In this document: positions 1 to 9,682 of the stretch, in pieces
Layout of the letters: each line of letters opens with the position of its first letter
How positions within the stretch are numbered: position 1 is the first letter of the stretch
IMG/VR virus record: IMGVR_UViG_2744054709_000002
Span: 11,719-75,718 of that record
Source of the DNA: a virus
Lineage: Duplodnaviria; Caudoviricetes
Reading direction: 5' to 3' (one strand)
Length of the DNA: 64,000 nt
Made by a program: the position numbers and the translations under genes
The notes under the pieces: generated by a model
Seen by the model: only the letters and a program-made list of their open reading frames with translations
Databases searched by the model: none
Told to the model about the DNA's origin: nothing

Positions 1-49
1 GCGGGTTCCTGCGCATGTTCTGGGCACGCCAGCGCAAGCTGGGGCTGAT

Positions 50-556
50 GTGATGGGGAAGCCTGTCGATCTGATCGGCCGACGCATGGTGCAGCCCATG
101 CCGATCCCGGCGCGTGCCTGCGTCATCAGGGGAGACCATGGGGTGCGTGGGGTGGTTTTCTCGCTGACGCATCGTGGGCGCGCGGGCGTGGAAATCTGGG
201 TCTGTGTGGCAGAAACGCGGGACGTTGCACGGCAATGGTGTGTATCACGGACCGAAAACATCGACCTGCCATCTTTCGCCGCCGCGCGTGTCTGGGTGCA
301 TGCATGGGCTGCGCGCTACGGGCACAGGATCCGCGAGGACATTCCCGCGCGCCGCCGCCCGAAGATCGGGTCGCGGGCCTGCCGTGCCCTGCTGGCTGCG
401 GGCGGCTGCCGGGAGAGCTGGCTGACCAGCGATGCGCCACGTCTGGCGGCGGAAGCCGCTGTGCGCTGCCAGTCACCGGCGGCGGACTGCCACCATTACG
501 GCAGGTGCCAGTACGGGACCTGCGATATGGAGATGGATGTGGACGATGCCTCCTAG
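50..556 (+). CDS. hypothetical protein with Cys-rich C-terminus
   Basis: 168-aa ORF ending CQSPAADCHHYGRCQYGTC; no family recognised. Confidence 0.5.
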   Translation: MMGKPVDLIGRRMVQPMPIPARACVIRGDHGVRGVVFSLTHRGRAGVEIWVCVAETRDVARQWCVSRTENIDLPSFAAARVWVHAWAARYGHRIREDIPARRRPKIGSRACRALLAAGGCRESWLTSDAPRLAAEAAVRCQSPAADCHHYGRCQYGTCDMEMDVDDAS

Positions 557-956
557 ACGCCTTCAGATGCTCCCCGAAAGTCTGTGCGCCCCCTGCCCCG
601 ACTGCGACATGACGATCAGCGTTCTGGCAGCAGAGGATGACGCAGGCCTGTTCTGGCCGGAGGGCGGCGAGGGCATCGGGCCACTTTCCTACATCAACTG
701 CGAACATTGCGGTGCTGCCTTCCATGCCCTGGCCGTTGGCCCTGCACACGCATTACATCCCTACGACCGGAGAAGAATCGATATGGTGTTCCAGAGCGAA
801 AAACTGCCGCAAGGGTTGCGGGACTGTCCTGATTTGGGAACAATAAAAAATGAAGTTCCTGCATCAAACGGTAGATGCACGAGACTTAAAAATTCTGATC
901 CCCAAAATAATGACGATGAAAGGAATGATCGTGACCCAGAACGACAACCCGGCTGA
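546..956 (+). CDS. hypothetical Zn-ribbon protein
   Basis: ATG overlaps the end of the upstream ORF; CPDC and CEHC pairs; the 3' end overlaps the next ORF so limits are uncertain. Confidence 0.35.
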   Translation: MPPRRLQMLPESLCAPCPDCDMTISVLAAEDDAGLFWPEGGEGIGPLSYINCEHCGAAFHALAVGPAHALHPYDRRRIDMVFQSEKLPQGLRDCPDLGTIKNEVPASNGRCTRLKNSDPQNNDDERNDRDPERQPG

Positions 957-1308
957 CAATTTTTTTGCGGAAGTAAGGACGCGCCTCAAACATGATGAAG
1001 AACTTGAAGTCCCCAGTTCTTCATATCGCCATGAGGCTGTCACCCCTCAAGTTGGTCACCTGAGCATTCCAGTCAATATAATTCCATTGCAGGGGGGATA
1101 CGACAAGAAGCGCCTGGATCAACTGTGCCATGATCTGGGGTTTGTGCCCGATCAACTCTCAAAAGACAAAATAAAAAATAGTGATGATGGTCGCAAGGTA
1201 ACAATTACCCGCTATTGTAAATCTGTGCGCAAAGACTATCTCGCAGGAGCAGAAATGACCCTGTCGGTGACTTTCAATATCGCCGATAACCCCTTTTCCC
1301 GAGGGTAG
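850..1308 (+). CDS. hypothetical protein, lower GC
   Basis: 152-aa ORF, AT-richer than flanks; true start may be near 925-931. Confidence 0.45.
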   Translation: MKFLHQTVDARDLKILIPKIMTMKGMIVTQNDNPADNFFAEVRTRLKHDEELEVPSSSYRHEAVTPQVGHLSIPVNIIPLQGGYDKKRLDQLCHDLGFVPDQLSKDKIKNSDDGRKVTITRYCKSVRKDYLAGAEMTLSVTFNIADNPFSRG

Positions 1309-1325
1309 CCCCTGCCGATCTCCTG

Positions 1326-1400
1326 CTGTCGTGGTTTCGGGGACCAAAATCTGTTGTCGTTCGGTATCCGCGACGTTAGGCTGTCGTGGTTTCAGGGACC
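1326..1400 (+). repeat. two RepA iterons upstream of repA
   Basis: CTGTCGTGGTTTCGGGGACC (1326-1345) and CTGTCGTGGTTTCAGGGACC (1381-1400). Confidence 0.8.
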
Positions 1401-1427
1401 TAAGCGGTCCGGGCATCAGATCCGGAG

Positions 1428-2264
1428 GTGGATGTGGCGGCGCAGCAGGTTGATCTTTTTCTTGATTCCATGATGGGGCAGACCCTGCGCGGGGACCGCG
1501 CCCTGATGGAATTCCCTTTCTTTTCATTGGCCAAGCGCCCCCGTCACACGCCCATCACTTATGACGATGGGCGGGTGATGATACGCGTCTCGCCCGGAGA
1601 ACGGGGCATCGCGACCATCTGGGACAAGGACATTCTGATCTATGTGACGTCCCTGATGAACGAGCAGCTGGAGCGTGGAATCGAGCCCGGCCGGACCATT
1701 CAGTTCGCGGCCGTGGATTTTCTGCGCGTGGCGGGCCGCGGGACATCCGGAAAATCCTATGAGCAGCTGAAGGATGCGCTGTTCCGCCTGCGCTCAACGA
1801 CGATCACCACGTCAATCGCGTCGGCCGGAGAGGAGGAGGAGCGCGGTTTTGGCTGGATCGAGGCGTGGCGCATCGTCAAGCGCATGCGCAAGGACGGCAA
1901 CCGGGTCATGGAGGCCATTGAAGTTACCCTCAGCGACTGGATGTACCGCGCCATCGTCAAGGAGCGCCGCGTTCTCGCGATGGATTCCAAATATTTCGAA
2001 CTGACCATGGCAATGGAACGTCGGCTGTATGAACTGGTACGCAAGCATTTGGGCAACCAGCAGACGTGGATGATCTCGCTTCCGCGCCTGGCAGAGAAAA
2101 TTGGCACGCAGATGGAATTAAAGAAGCTGAAGGCGGAACTGGTCGAGATATGCCGCCGCGACAGCCTGATCCATTACCAGATGAACCTGGAGGCACCGCC
2201 CGGGATCGTGCGCGTACCGCCGCGACGTGTGCAGGTCGTATTTTCGCATAGGGACAGGGTTTGA
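1428..2264 (+). CDS. repA: plasmid replication initiator, RPA family
   Basis: MEFPFFSLAK, IATIWDKDILIY, YEQLKDALFRL and ERRLYELVRKH motifs; flanked by iterons. Confidence 0.9.
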   Translation: MDVAAQQVDLFLDSMMGQTLRGDRALMEFPFFSLAKRPRHTPITYDDGRVMIRVSPGERGIATIWDKDILIYVTSLMNEQLERGIEPGRTIQFAAVDFLRVAGRGTSGKSYEQLKDALFRLRSTTITTSIASAGEEEERGFGWIEAWRIVKRMRKDGNRVMEAIEVTLSDWMYRAIVKERRVLAMDSKYFELTMAMERRLYELVRKHLGNQQTWMISLPRLAEKIGTQMELKKLKAELVEICRRDSLIHYQMNLEAPPGIVRVPPRRVQVVFSHRDRV

Positions 2265-2270
2265 CCCATC

Positions 2271-2640
2271 CATCGTGGTTTTACGGACCCAACAGACCAT
2301 CCACTTGTTTATAAAGGGTTTTTATCAAAACCTGGCTGTCCTGATGGCAGTCAATGAACGGCCCTGATGCCGCTCATGCGTGGAATAGCCTCTGGCGGCG
2401 TCACCAGAGGCGGGATTTCTGCCATTTCCTGTGGAAAATCAGATTTTTGTCGTATATCCGGGACCGGGCGTCGTAATATCGCGGACTGAAGCGTCGTAAC
2501 ATCACGGACCGTATGTCGTGGTTTTATGGACTGAAAAACGCGCAATATGCTGATTCGAAACCGGTTTTCAGACCCGTAACTGTTTTAACAAATTTAAATA
2601 ACCTCTTAACGATAATGGTCTGTGGATAACCAGACATTAT
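2271..2640 (+). promoter_or_regulatory. plasmid origin: iterons, AT-rich region, DnaA box
   Basis: Iteron at 2271-2289; four GTCGT-N7/8-GGAC repeats starting 2449, 2470, 2493, 2515 (about 22 bp period); AT-rich 2577-2615; TGTGGATAA (reverse complement of TTATCCACA) at 2621-2629. Confidence 0.85.
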
Positions 2641-2715
2641 TGTCATCACGCCTGCCGCTTTTGGCCTGACAATCAACAATTTTCCGGTTCTTTCTCTTGG
2701 TTTTACGTGGGTATC

Positions 2716-2729
2716 TGGTTAGATAACCA
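2716..2729. promoter_or_regulatory. candidate repressor operator TGGTT-N4-AACCA
   Basis: TGGTTAGATAACCA; near-identical palindrome at 49074-49087 between cI and cro. Confidence 0.5.
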
Positions 2730-2753
2730 TGGTTGACCATAGGGGAGGCATCC

Positions 2754-3263
2754 ATGGAGCTTGTCGAATGTCCGACGCGACAGCTGAAACTCACGGAGGC
2801 AGGATGCGCCGCCCTGTGGAAATCAACCCGCATCAGGCCACCACAGGCGTGGGAAGGACGGCAGGCCTGCAGGGGATGCGCGCTAGGAGCGATGCGTGCT
2901 GGCGTCGCTCCTGAGAAAGCAGCGACGCCTCCAATGCGTGTGGCCCGTATCTGCGTACGCTGTCACAAACAGGCGGAAAGAGTGATCCAGAACCGCCTGT
3001 GCATCTCGTGCTACAATCGCGAGGGAGAGGCCCGTCGTGGACGTGACAGGAACGGACATCGTCCCGTACTGGCAGATCAACTGTACACCGACAGCATTGA
3101 CGTCCACAATTCCAGCAGATCTTACACCGTTACCAGCACAGTTCTGAACCGAAGCGAACTGATGCTCCAGGCACTTCATACCGCAACGGAAAACCTGTGG
3201 TTTACCGCGCGGCGACGGTTGAACATCCCCGTTCCGGGGCTGCAACTGTCATTGCCACTATGA
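2754..3263 (+). CDS. Cys-rich Zn-finger protein
   Basis: GGAGG RBS; CRGC, CVRC, CISC; C-terminal QLSLPL. Confidence 0.7.
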   Translation: MELVECPTRQLKLTEAGCAALWKSTRIRPPQAWEGRQACRGCALGAMRAGVAPEKAATPPMRVARICVRCHKQAERVIQNRLCISCYNREGEARRGRDRNGHRPVLADQLYTDSIDVHNSSRSYTVTSTVLNRSELMLQALHTATENLWFTARRRLNIPVPGLQLSLPL

Positions 3264-3541
3264 ATCTTCCTGCCGATCCGGACGCACATGGATGGTCGAT
3301 AACGCGGCACGTCTGTGCCGTCTGCCAAGGACGCATGCTTCAGCGGGGAGAGGAACTGCGCTGCTCGGGATGCGACCGCCGGGCACGGGGAAAAGTCTCG
3401 GCCCTGTGTGGCTGCGGGATGCGCGTAGGCAAGGACCGGCCATTTATATGCATGCCCAATCCACGGAAATCGGCTGCTGACCCGGTTGAAATTGTGATCG
3501 GCTACCGGCCGGAAAAATCGGAAATTCCCAGAAATGTCTGA
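3260..3541 (+). CDS. Cys-rich Zn-finger protein
   Basis: ATGA overlap; CAVC, CSGC, CGCG. Confidence 0.7.
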   Translation: MNLPADPDAHGWSITRHVCAVCQGRMLQRGEELRCSGCDRRARGKVSALCGCGMRVGKDRPFICMPNPRKSAADPVEIVIGYRPEKSEIPRNV

Positions 3542-4067
3542 CGACGAGGAATTTGAGGCCTTTTCGGCTGCCCCTGAGACTGAAGACAGTCCGCTGGGCG
3601 TGATGACACGCCTGATTGACACCGAGGGGATGTTTTCCTTCCTGAAAACCGGTGAAGTCCGGATTGCCGTGTTCATGAGGCATTTTCCGAAGGAAAAGCA
3701 GGGACGGATCGTATTGGGCGAACTGGCATTGCCACGGTTCCAGGGGGGGCTTGCCCGCCTTGGTTCATGGCTTCTGCAGCGCGCAACGTGGTTTCAGGGA
3801 CCGGATTACATCCTGATGATCGACCAGGACTGGTGGGATGGCGCACGTCCGGAAGCACAGGAAGCACTGGTCTTCCACGAACTGATGCACGCAGAGCATG
3901 CCGTGGACAGGGATGGGGAACTGAAATTCGATGATGAAGGACGCCCGGTCTGGAGCCTGAAAGGCCATGATCTCGAAGAGTTCCGCGAGGTGGTCCGGCG
4001 ATATGGCGACTGGAGCGGAGAGATCGGAGCCTTCGTAGACGCCGCGCGGATCGGGGGCGTGACCTGA
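3534..4067 (+). CDS. putative phage metallopeptidase
   Basis: ALVFHELMH (HExxH) and HDLEEFREVVRRYG. Confidence 0.8.
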   Translation: MSDDEEFEAFSAAPETEDSPLGVMTRLIDTEGMFSFLKTGEVRIAVFMRHFPKEKQGRIVLGELALPRFQGGLARLGSWLLQRATWFQGPDYILMIDQDWWDGARPEAQEALVFHELMHAEHAVDRDGELKFDDEGRPVWSLKGHDLEEFREVVRRYGDWSGEIGAFVDAARIGGVT

Positions 4068-4705
4068 TGGCGAGACCCGCGCTGGACCGCGTCCGCAAGA
4101 AGGAATTGCGTGCCGAATTTGAAAAGGAGGTCATGGCCGCGTTCGCCAATTTTGGACCCGATTTCGACAAATCCGCCCTCATGCGCAAATACACGGCTGC
4201 TGGGCTCAACACGTCGAGCCTGTATCGCTGGTTTGACGCCATCAAATCATCGGGCGCCCCGGGCCGTGCATTTGCCGAGAAGGTTCGAGATAACGTGCGC
4301 GAACGCAGCCAGGCCAGCCAAGAGCCTGCGGTAGCGATCGGCGCGGATATCGTCGCCGAACTGCCGGTGGTGCCCGATCCTGACGAGATCGTGGGGCTGG
4401 GCGTCGGCAAGATCGTTGACCAGATGCAGATGTGCATGAATGTCGCACGCAGGATCCTCAAGCACAGTTTCCATGACGACGGTAAGCCCCGCAACGCCAA
4501 GCTGGCCCTGTCCGCGTCGGAGCACCTGCGCCGCTCGGTCGATACGATGGCACGCCTGTATGAAATGATGATCGCGTACCAACAGGTTGAGACGTTCCAC
4601 AAGACGATTTTCGAGGTCATCCGTGACGTTGATCCGATCGTGGCGGAGACGATCCTCGGGCGTTTGCGGCAACTGAACGCAACCCAGCGCGGAGGGGCGG
4701 GATGA
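4067..4705 (+). CDS. probable terminase small subunit
   Basis: HTH-like SSLYRW; coupled directly upstream of terL; largely a positional call. Confidence 0.55.
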   Translation: MARPALDRVRKKELRAEFEKEVMAAFANFGPDFDKSALMRKYTAAGLNTSSLYRWFDAIKSSGAPGRAFAEKVRDNVRERSQASQEPAVAIGADIVAELPVVPDPDEIVGLGVGKIVDQMQMCMNVARRILKHSFHDDGKPRNAKLALSASEHLRRSVDTMARLYEMMIAYQQVETFHKTIFEVIRDVDPIVAETILGRLRQLNATQRGGAG

Positions 4706-6783
4706 ACCTGCTGCAGCGTTCTCTCGACTGCCAGCTCATGATGCTGGAGGAAACTGCGGCACGGCTGGGCTATGGCGGGACGGGCTCGATCCCGGAGGCC
4801 ATGGGGTTTCTGGAGTGGTGCGAGGACCTGGCGGCAAAGGGGCTGAAAATTGACGGACGCCCTTTCCGCCTGGACAACCGGCCGGCCCTGCGCCCGATCT
4901 ACGATGCAATCCCGACCACCCGCCAGCAGGCCTATGGCAAGACTCTCGTGATCCAGAAGGCGACCCAGCTGGGCCTTACCGTGTGGGAAGTGCTGGCCGA
5001 CCTTTACATGGCCAAGAAATGGTCGCCGGTGAATATCGGGATGTTCCTGCCCGACCAGAACACGGCGGCGTTCAAGTCCGAACGACGGTTCATGCCGATC
5101 ATCCGGTCGTCGCCACAGCTGCTATCGGAACTGATCTATCGCTATGACGGCAAGGGCGGCCGGCAGAAGATCGGTGAAGGCAATGTCCTGACGCGCGAGA
5201 TCGCGGGGTCGCTCCTGATGTTCCTGTGGACGTCGGGCAAGGTCTCCACGGAATCCCGGCCCATGGATATCGTCAGTCTGGACGAAGTCCAGGGTATGAG
5301 CCTGGAGGAAATTGACAAGGTCGCAGCCCGAATGGGTGACAGCGACGTGCGTTTCAAGATGCTGCTGTCCACGGCGAACATGCCGGACGAGGATATCAAC
5401 AACTGGTACAAGCGTGGCACGCAGGAGGTGTGGCACACGCGATGTCCCGGTTGCGGGGCGCTGTCGGACCTGTCCGATCCCAACGGCATATTCCCGTCGC
5501 GCTCGATCGTTTTCAACAAGGGTCAGGTCCGCCCTGCCCCGCCATATCCCGGCGAAACGGCCCAGCACGCGCCGCCTGTTGATGATTATGTGTGGGTCTG
5601 CCCGGAGTGCCAGGGCTACATCCCCGACCCGCAATATGGTGACTATATTGCCCAGAATCCCGGTGCTGGAAATGATATCCGCTCATTCCTGCTGCCCCGG
5701 ACGATCAGCCCGAGGATGACCGCCCGGGAAATGTTCACCGATTTCGGGTTTGCATCGACAGGAGCGCAGAAACAGAGTTTCTTCAATCGCACGCTGGCGC
5801 GCCCCTATGTTGATCCAGACCAGATCCCAGTTTCCTACGAGGTCTGCCAGGCGGGCGTGGAGCGCGGACGTGCCGCTGGCGTGACATGGGAGGAAACGGG
5901 CAGCGGGACCTACATGGGGATCGACCAGATGGGGGGCTTTAACGCCGTCATCATCAAGAAGCGGCTGCCTGACAACCGGCAGGCGGTGATCCATGTGGAG
6001 GCTGTGTTCGACCTGTCCCCGTTTGACCGGTGTGCTGATCTGATGCGGCAGTACGGGGTTGAGGTCTGTGTCGTCGAACAGCTGCCGAATTTCAACGATG
6101 CGCGCAAATTCGCCAACCGCTTCCCCGGCCGCGTGTTCCTGTGCACCGGCTATCAGGACATGGGCGATGAATCCATGCACTGGGGGGACAGCCTGTCGCG
6201 GTCGGAGCGTATGACCAGCGAGGAAGAACGGACGCGCTACACAGTTCGCTTGGACCGATACAAATGCATGCAGACGTCCTTGTACCGCATTCGCGACGGT
6301 ATCTGCCTGTTTCCCGACCCCAACGGGCTGGAGCAGGAAGTCATCGAGAACGGCAGGAAGCGGCGCATCGCGATCCTCTACGACTGGGTTTTCCTGCATT
6401 TTTCCCGTACTGCCCTGGTCACGGTTGCAGATCCGGAAACAGGGAAGACACGGCGCACTGTCCAGAAGATCGGGCTGGACCCGCATTTCAGTTTTGCACT
6501 GATGCTATGTGATGCGGCATGGGCACGTGTGCAGGGCAATTCCACGTTCATCCTTCCTGATGCTGGATTGGCAGGCGTGGGTACCGCCCAGTCGCCGTCT
6601 CCGTCCGCAGCCCAGAACCTGACGTCGCGGCTGGCAGAAATGATGGGAAGCGCCCCGGAGGGTGCCTGCGGGAAATGCCGGTATTTCGGAGGGGGCACCT
6701 GTTCGGAACGGGATCTGCGCGTTGGTGCGCTGGACCCGGGTTGCGTGTTCTACGAGCCCGCTGCGGACGACGTGACATCGTGA
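4702..6783 (+). CDS. terL: terminase large subunit, GpA-like
   Basis: KATQLGLT Walker A, SLDEV Walker B, CxxC insert, MGIDQ nuclease motif, DPHFSFA. Confidence 0.9.
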   Translation: MNLLQRSLDCQLMMLEETAARLGYGGTGSIPEAMGFLEWCEDLAAKGLKIDGRPFRLDNRPALRPIYDAIPTTRQQAYGKTLVIQKATQLGLTVWEVLADLYMAKKWSPVNIGMFLPDQNTAAFKSERRFMPIIRSSPQLLSELIYRYDGKGGRQKIGEGNVLTREIAGSLLMFLWTSGKVSTESRPMDIVSLDEVQGMSLEEIDKVAARMGDSDVRFKMLLSTANMPDEDINNWYKRGTQEVWHTRCPGCGALSDLSDPNGIFPSRSIVFNKGQVRPAPPYPGETAQHAPPVDDYVWVCPECQGYIPDPQYGDYIAQNPGAGNDIRSFLLPRTISPRMTAREMFTDFGFASTGAQKQSFFNRTLARPYVDPDQIPVSYEVCQAGVERGRAAGVTWEETGSGTYMGIDQMGGFNAVIIKKRLPDNRQAVIHVEAVFDLSPFDRCADLMRQYGVEVCVVEQLPNFNDARKFANRFPGRVFLCTGYQDMGDESMHWGDSLSRSERMTSEEERTRYTVRLDRYKCMQTSLYRIRDGICLFPDPNGLEQEVIENGRKRRIAILYDWVFLHFSRTALVTVADPETGKTRRTVQKIGLDPHFSFALMLCDAAWARVQGNSTFILPDAGLAGVGTAQSPSPSAAQNLTSRLAEMMGSAPEGACGKCRYFGGGTCSERDLRVGALDPGCVFYEPAADDVTS

Positions 6784-6792
6784 TGCGACACT
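6778..6792 (+). promoter_or_regulatory. putative late promoter (variant), leaderless portal mRNA
   Basis: TCGTGATG-C-GACACT, then 7 nt, then ATG. Confidence 0.6.
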
Positions 6793-6799
6793 GAACGGC

Positions 6800-8479
6800 A
6801 TGAACGAAACCGTGCGACAGTTGGCCCTCGGCCTCGATACCCCGCCTGACGAACGTTTCGACGCGTCCGTGGAGATGCACAAGGCGTATCGCCCGCTGGC
6901 GTCCCAACTGATCCCGCCTGAAAACCTGCGCCCTGTGATTGACTACATCAACAATGGGTTGATGGACGCTGAGTTCTACAAGGCAACCCCGCGGCAGATC
7001 ATCCGGCTGGGCGACGGCAATGACACGGGCGGCCGCATGCGGTCAGTGCGGCTGGACCCCCAGAAGATATTTTCCCAGGCGCGGTATTTTGAGAGGCCGT
7101 CCGCGCTGGATTTCACCGGACTGCGCGCGATCGTGGCGCAGACGCCGATCCTCAGCGCCATCGTGCGCCGGCGTGTGCGCCAGGTCAGTAGGTTTGCCCA
7201 GATCAGCGAGGATGGCGGCCTCGGGTTTGAAATCCGGCACAAGGATCGCAACCATCTGCTCAAGGGGACGGAGGCCGATGCCGCCGCGCATCTGGCGCGG
7301 TTTTTCCTCAACTGCGGCTGGGAGTTCAATCCACGCCGGCGCAAGCTGATGCACCGCGACAATTTCCGCCAGTTCATGGCCAAGTCGGTGCGGGATTCCC
7401 TGACGCTGGATTCATGCCCCATCGAGACGGAGATGCGTCGGAACGCTGAACTGGGGCTTGACGGGTTCTACGCCGTGGACGGTGCCACGATCCGGCTGTG
7501 TTCCGAGCAGCATTACGAGGGGGATGACCCGATTTATGCCCTGCAGGTCATCGATGGGCGCATCGGGACCACCTACACGATTGATCAGTTGATCTACGAG
7601 GTTCGCAATCCGCGCACCGACGTTGACACGGGTGGATACGGTGAGGCGGAGCCGGAGGTGATGATCAAGGTCATCACGGGCATCCTGAACGCCATGTCCT
7701 ACAACAATGCCGGGTTCGACGAAAATTCCATCCCCAAGGGCATCCTGCAGCTGATCGGCGATTACGGGCAGGAAGATATCGCGGCGTTCAAGCGATACTG
7801 GAACGCCATGGTCAAGGGGACGGCCAACACCTGGGCCCTTCCTGTCATGGTGGCGAAGGACGCGCAGAGCAAGGTCGCGTTCGAGAAGTTCGACACCGAC
7901 TTCAACGAGATGCATTTCGCCAAATGGATGACGTTCCTGACATCCATCGCATGCGCGATCTACGGCATGGCACCGGACGAGATCAATTTCGAGAGTTTCT
8001 CCGCGTCAAAGTCCTCCCTGTCTGGCAGCGATACGGAGGCCAAGCTGGAGAACGGGCAGGACACGGGGCTGCTGCCACTGCTTGCGTTCTATGAGGCTAC
8101 GTTCAGCGATTTCATCGTGTCGGCCTTCAACGATGACTGGTGTTTCCGCTTCGTCGGGCTGGATAGCGAGGATGCCGGGGCCAAGGCGAAGGAAGACGAG
8201 TCTGTCATGACGGTCAACGAACTGCGTGGCCGCCGCGGTGACGCGCCCTTCCCTGACCCCGTGCTGGGCAACGCGCCGCTCAATCCCAGCCTGATCCAGC
8301 CATGGATGGAACTGAACAAACAGCGGTTCGCAGGCGCAGGTACCGACGATGATCAGCGCCCGGGCGATCCCGGCCGTCCGTCCGATCCTCCTCCCGATGG
8401 TGACGCGGATACGCCTCTAGAAACCGATGATCCCGAGCCGGTCAGGAAATCCCTGGCCACTGTCTACACGGTCGAATAG
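6800..8479 (+). CDS. portal protein
   Basis: Follows terL; YNNAGFDENSIPKGIL, IACAIYGMAPDEINF and MTVNELR are typical of portals. Confidence 0.9.
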   Translation: MNETVRQLALGLDTPPDERFDASVEMHKAYRPLASQLIPPENLRPVIDYINNGLMDAEFYKATPRQIIRLGDGNDTGGRMRSVRLDPQKIFSQARYFERPSALDFTGLRAIVAQTPILSAIVRRRVRQVSRFAQISEDGGLGFEIRHKDRNHLLKGTEADAAAHLARFFLNCGWEFNPRRRKLMHRDNFRQFMAKSVRDSLTLDSCPIETEMRRNAELGLDGFYAVDGATIRLCSEQHYEGDDPIYALQVIDGRIGTTYTIDQLIYEVRNPRTDVDTGGYGEAEPEVMIKVITGILNAMSYNNAGFDENSIPKGILQLIGDYGQEDIAAFKRYWNAMVKGTANTWALPVMVAKDAQSKVAFEKFDTDFNEMHFAKWMTFLTSIACAIYGMAPDEINFESFSASKSSLSGSDTEAKLENGQDTGLLPLLAFYEATFSDFIVSAFNDDWCFRFVGLDSEDAGAKAKEDESVMTVNELRGRRGDAPFPDPVLGNAPLNPSLIQPWMELNKQRFAGAGTDDDQRPGDPGRPSDPPPDGDADTPLETDDPEPVRKSLATVYTVE

Positions 8480-8503
8480 GCCCGATAACAGGACTTCCCG
8501 ACG

Positions 8504-9682
8504 GTGAGAATTTACATCCTTCTAAAAGCCACGATCGCGAACCGGCCCGGCATGGCGCTGGTTTACGGGACGGATCGCCGCGGGCGGCGCATGCGGCGCT
8601 GGAAGCGGGTCGCCGCGCCGGATGCTCCCCCCGCCCATGTCCATGCCGCAGCCGAAAAGGAAGGTGGCGTGCATCGCTCCATTCCGCCGGAACATTTCAA
8701 CGCGGTGGATTTCGCAGCGCCCTATAACGATCATGCTGTGTCGTTGCCGGAGGTCTATCACGGATTTCCGGCCGATACGCAGGCCCGGCTGGATCAGTCT
8801 GCTGACGAACTTGCCAAGAAGCCGACGACGGTTGAACTGTTCTGCCATGACGGTGTCTACACGCCTGAGCGTGCAGCACTTCATGAGAGGATACTGGCCG
8901 ATTATACGTCGGCAGAGCGCCTATCCAAGGCTTTCCCTGCCGAAGGGGAAGCGCCGACCTTCATTTTCCTTGGCGGCCGTGGTGGTTCCGGGAAATCCGC
9001 GTTGCGGGGTATCGCATATGGCGACGACGCGCTTGTCATCGATGCAGACGGCATCAAGGCGCGCCTGCCTGGTTATGACGGGACGAACGCACATCTCTAT
9101 CATGAGGAATCGTCAGACATCGCAGAAGAATTGATGCGGCGTCTGAAGGCGATCAAAGCCAATATCGTTTATGATTCCACCATGCGCACGACAGCCAGGG
9201 CTGTAGCCCTTGCAAAGTCGATGAAAGCGGATCATTATCGGCTGGAAGTGCATTACATGTTTCTGCCGCGGCTTGATGCAGCACGTCGCGCCGTGAGCAG
9301 ATATATCGAAGACGGGCGGCTGGTCCCTCCTTCCGTGGTGCTCGGAAACCTGACAAACGAAGCAAGTTTTGATGCCGTGAAAGACCTGGCGGACAGCTGG
9401 TCATTTCGCAGCAATCTGGTGGCGCGGGGCAGTCCGCCTGCCCTGATATCGGAGAAGAAAGATGACCGTACTGAAAAATCCCGAAACGTGGGATTATCCG
9501 GACACGGTGGACATAGCCAGGGAGAGCCGCGTGAAGCTGTCTCCGGAGGCAGAGACGGCCTGGGAGGAACGCGTCAGGAAGGCGCGGCAGATGCGGGCGG
9601 AAGCCGACGCGACCGCCTCACGAAAGGACTGATCCCTTCAGCCCGTATTCTGGTGCTGCTTCCTGACTGTCGGCGTGCATGA
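8504..9682 (+). CDS. zeta-toxin-family P-loop kinase
   Basis: FLGGRGGSGKS, IDADGIK, HEESS, NIVYDSTM, SRYIEDGRLVP. Confidence 0.85.
   Translation: MRIYILLKATIANRPGMALVYGTDRRGRRMRRWKRVAAPDAPPAHVHAAAEKEGGVHRSIPPEHFNAVDFAAPYNDHAVSLPEVYHGFPADTQARLDQSADELAKKPTTVELFCHDGVYTPERAALHERILADYTSAERLSKAFPAEGEAPTFIFLGGRGGSGKSALRGIAYGDDALVIDADGIKARLPGYDGTNAHLYHEESSDIAEELMRRLKAIKANIVYDSTMRTTARAVALAKSMKADHYRLEVHYMFLPRLDAARRAVSRYIEDGRLVPPSVVLGNLTNEASFDAVKDLADSWSFRSNLVARGSPPALISEKKDDRTEKSRNVGLSGHGGHSQGEPREAVSGGRDGLGGTRQEGAADAGGSRRDRLTKGLIPSARILVLLPDCRRA
9462..9632 (+). CDS. 56-aa gene nested in the zeta gene (candidate antitoxin)
   Basis: GGAG RBS; MTVLKNPETWDYPDTVDIARESRVKLSPEAETAWEERVRKARQMRAEADATASRKD in the +1 frame, beneath a low-complexity zeta tail. 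Confidence 0.6.
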   Translation: MTVLKNPETWDYPDTVDIARESRVKLSPEAETAWEERVRKARQMRAEADATASRKD

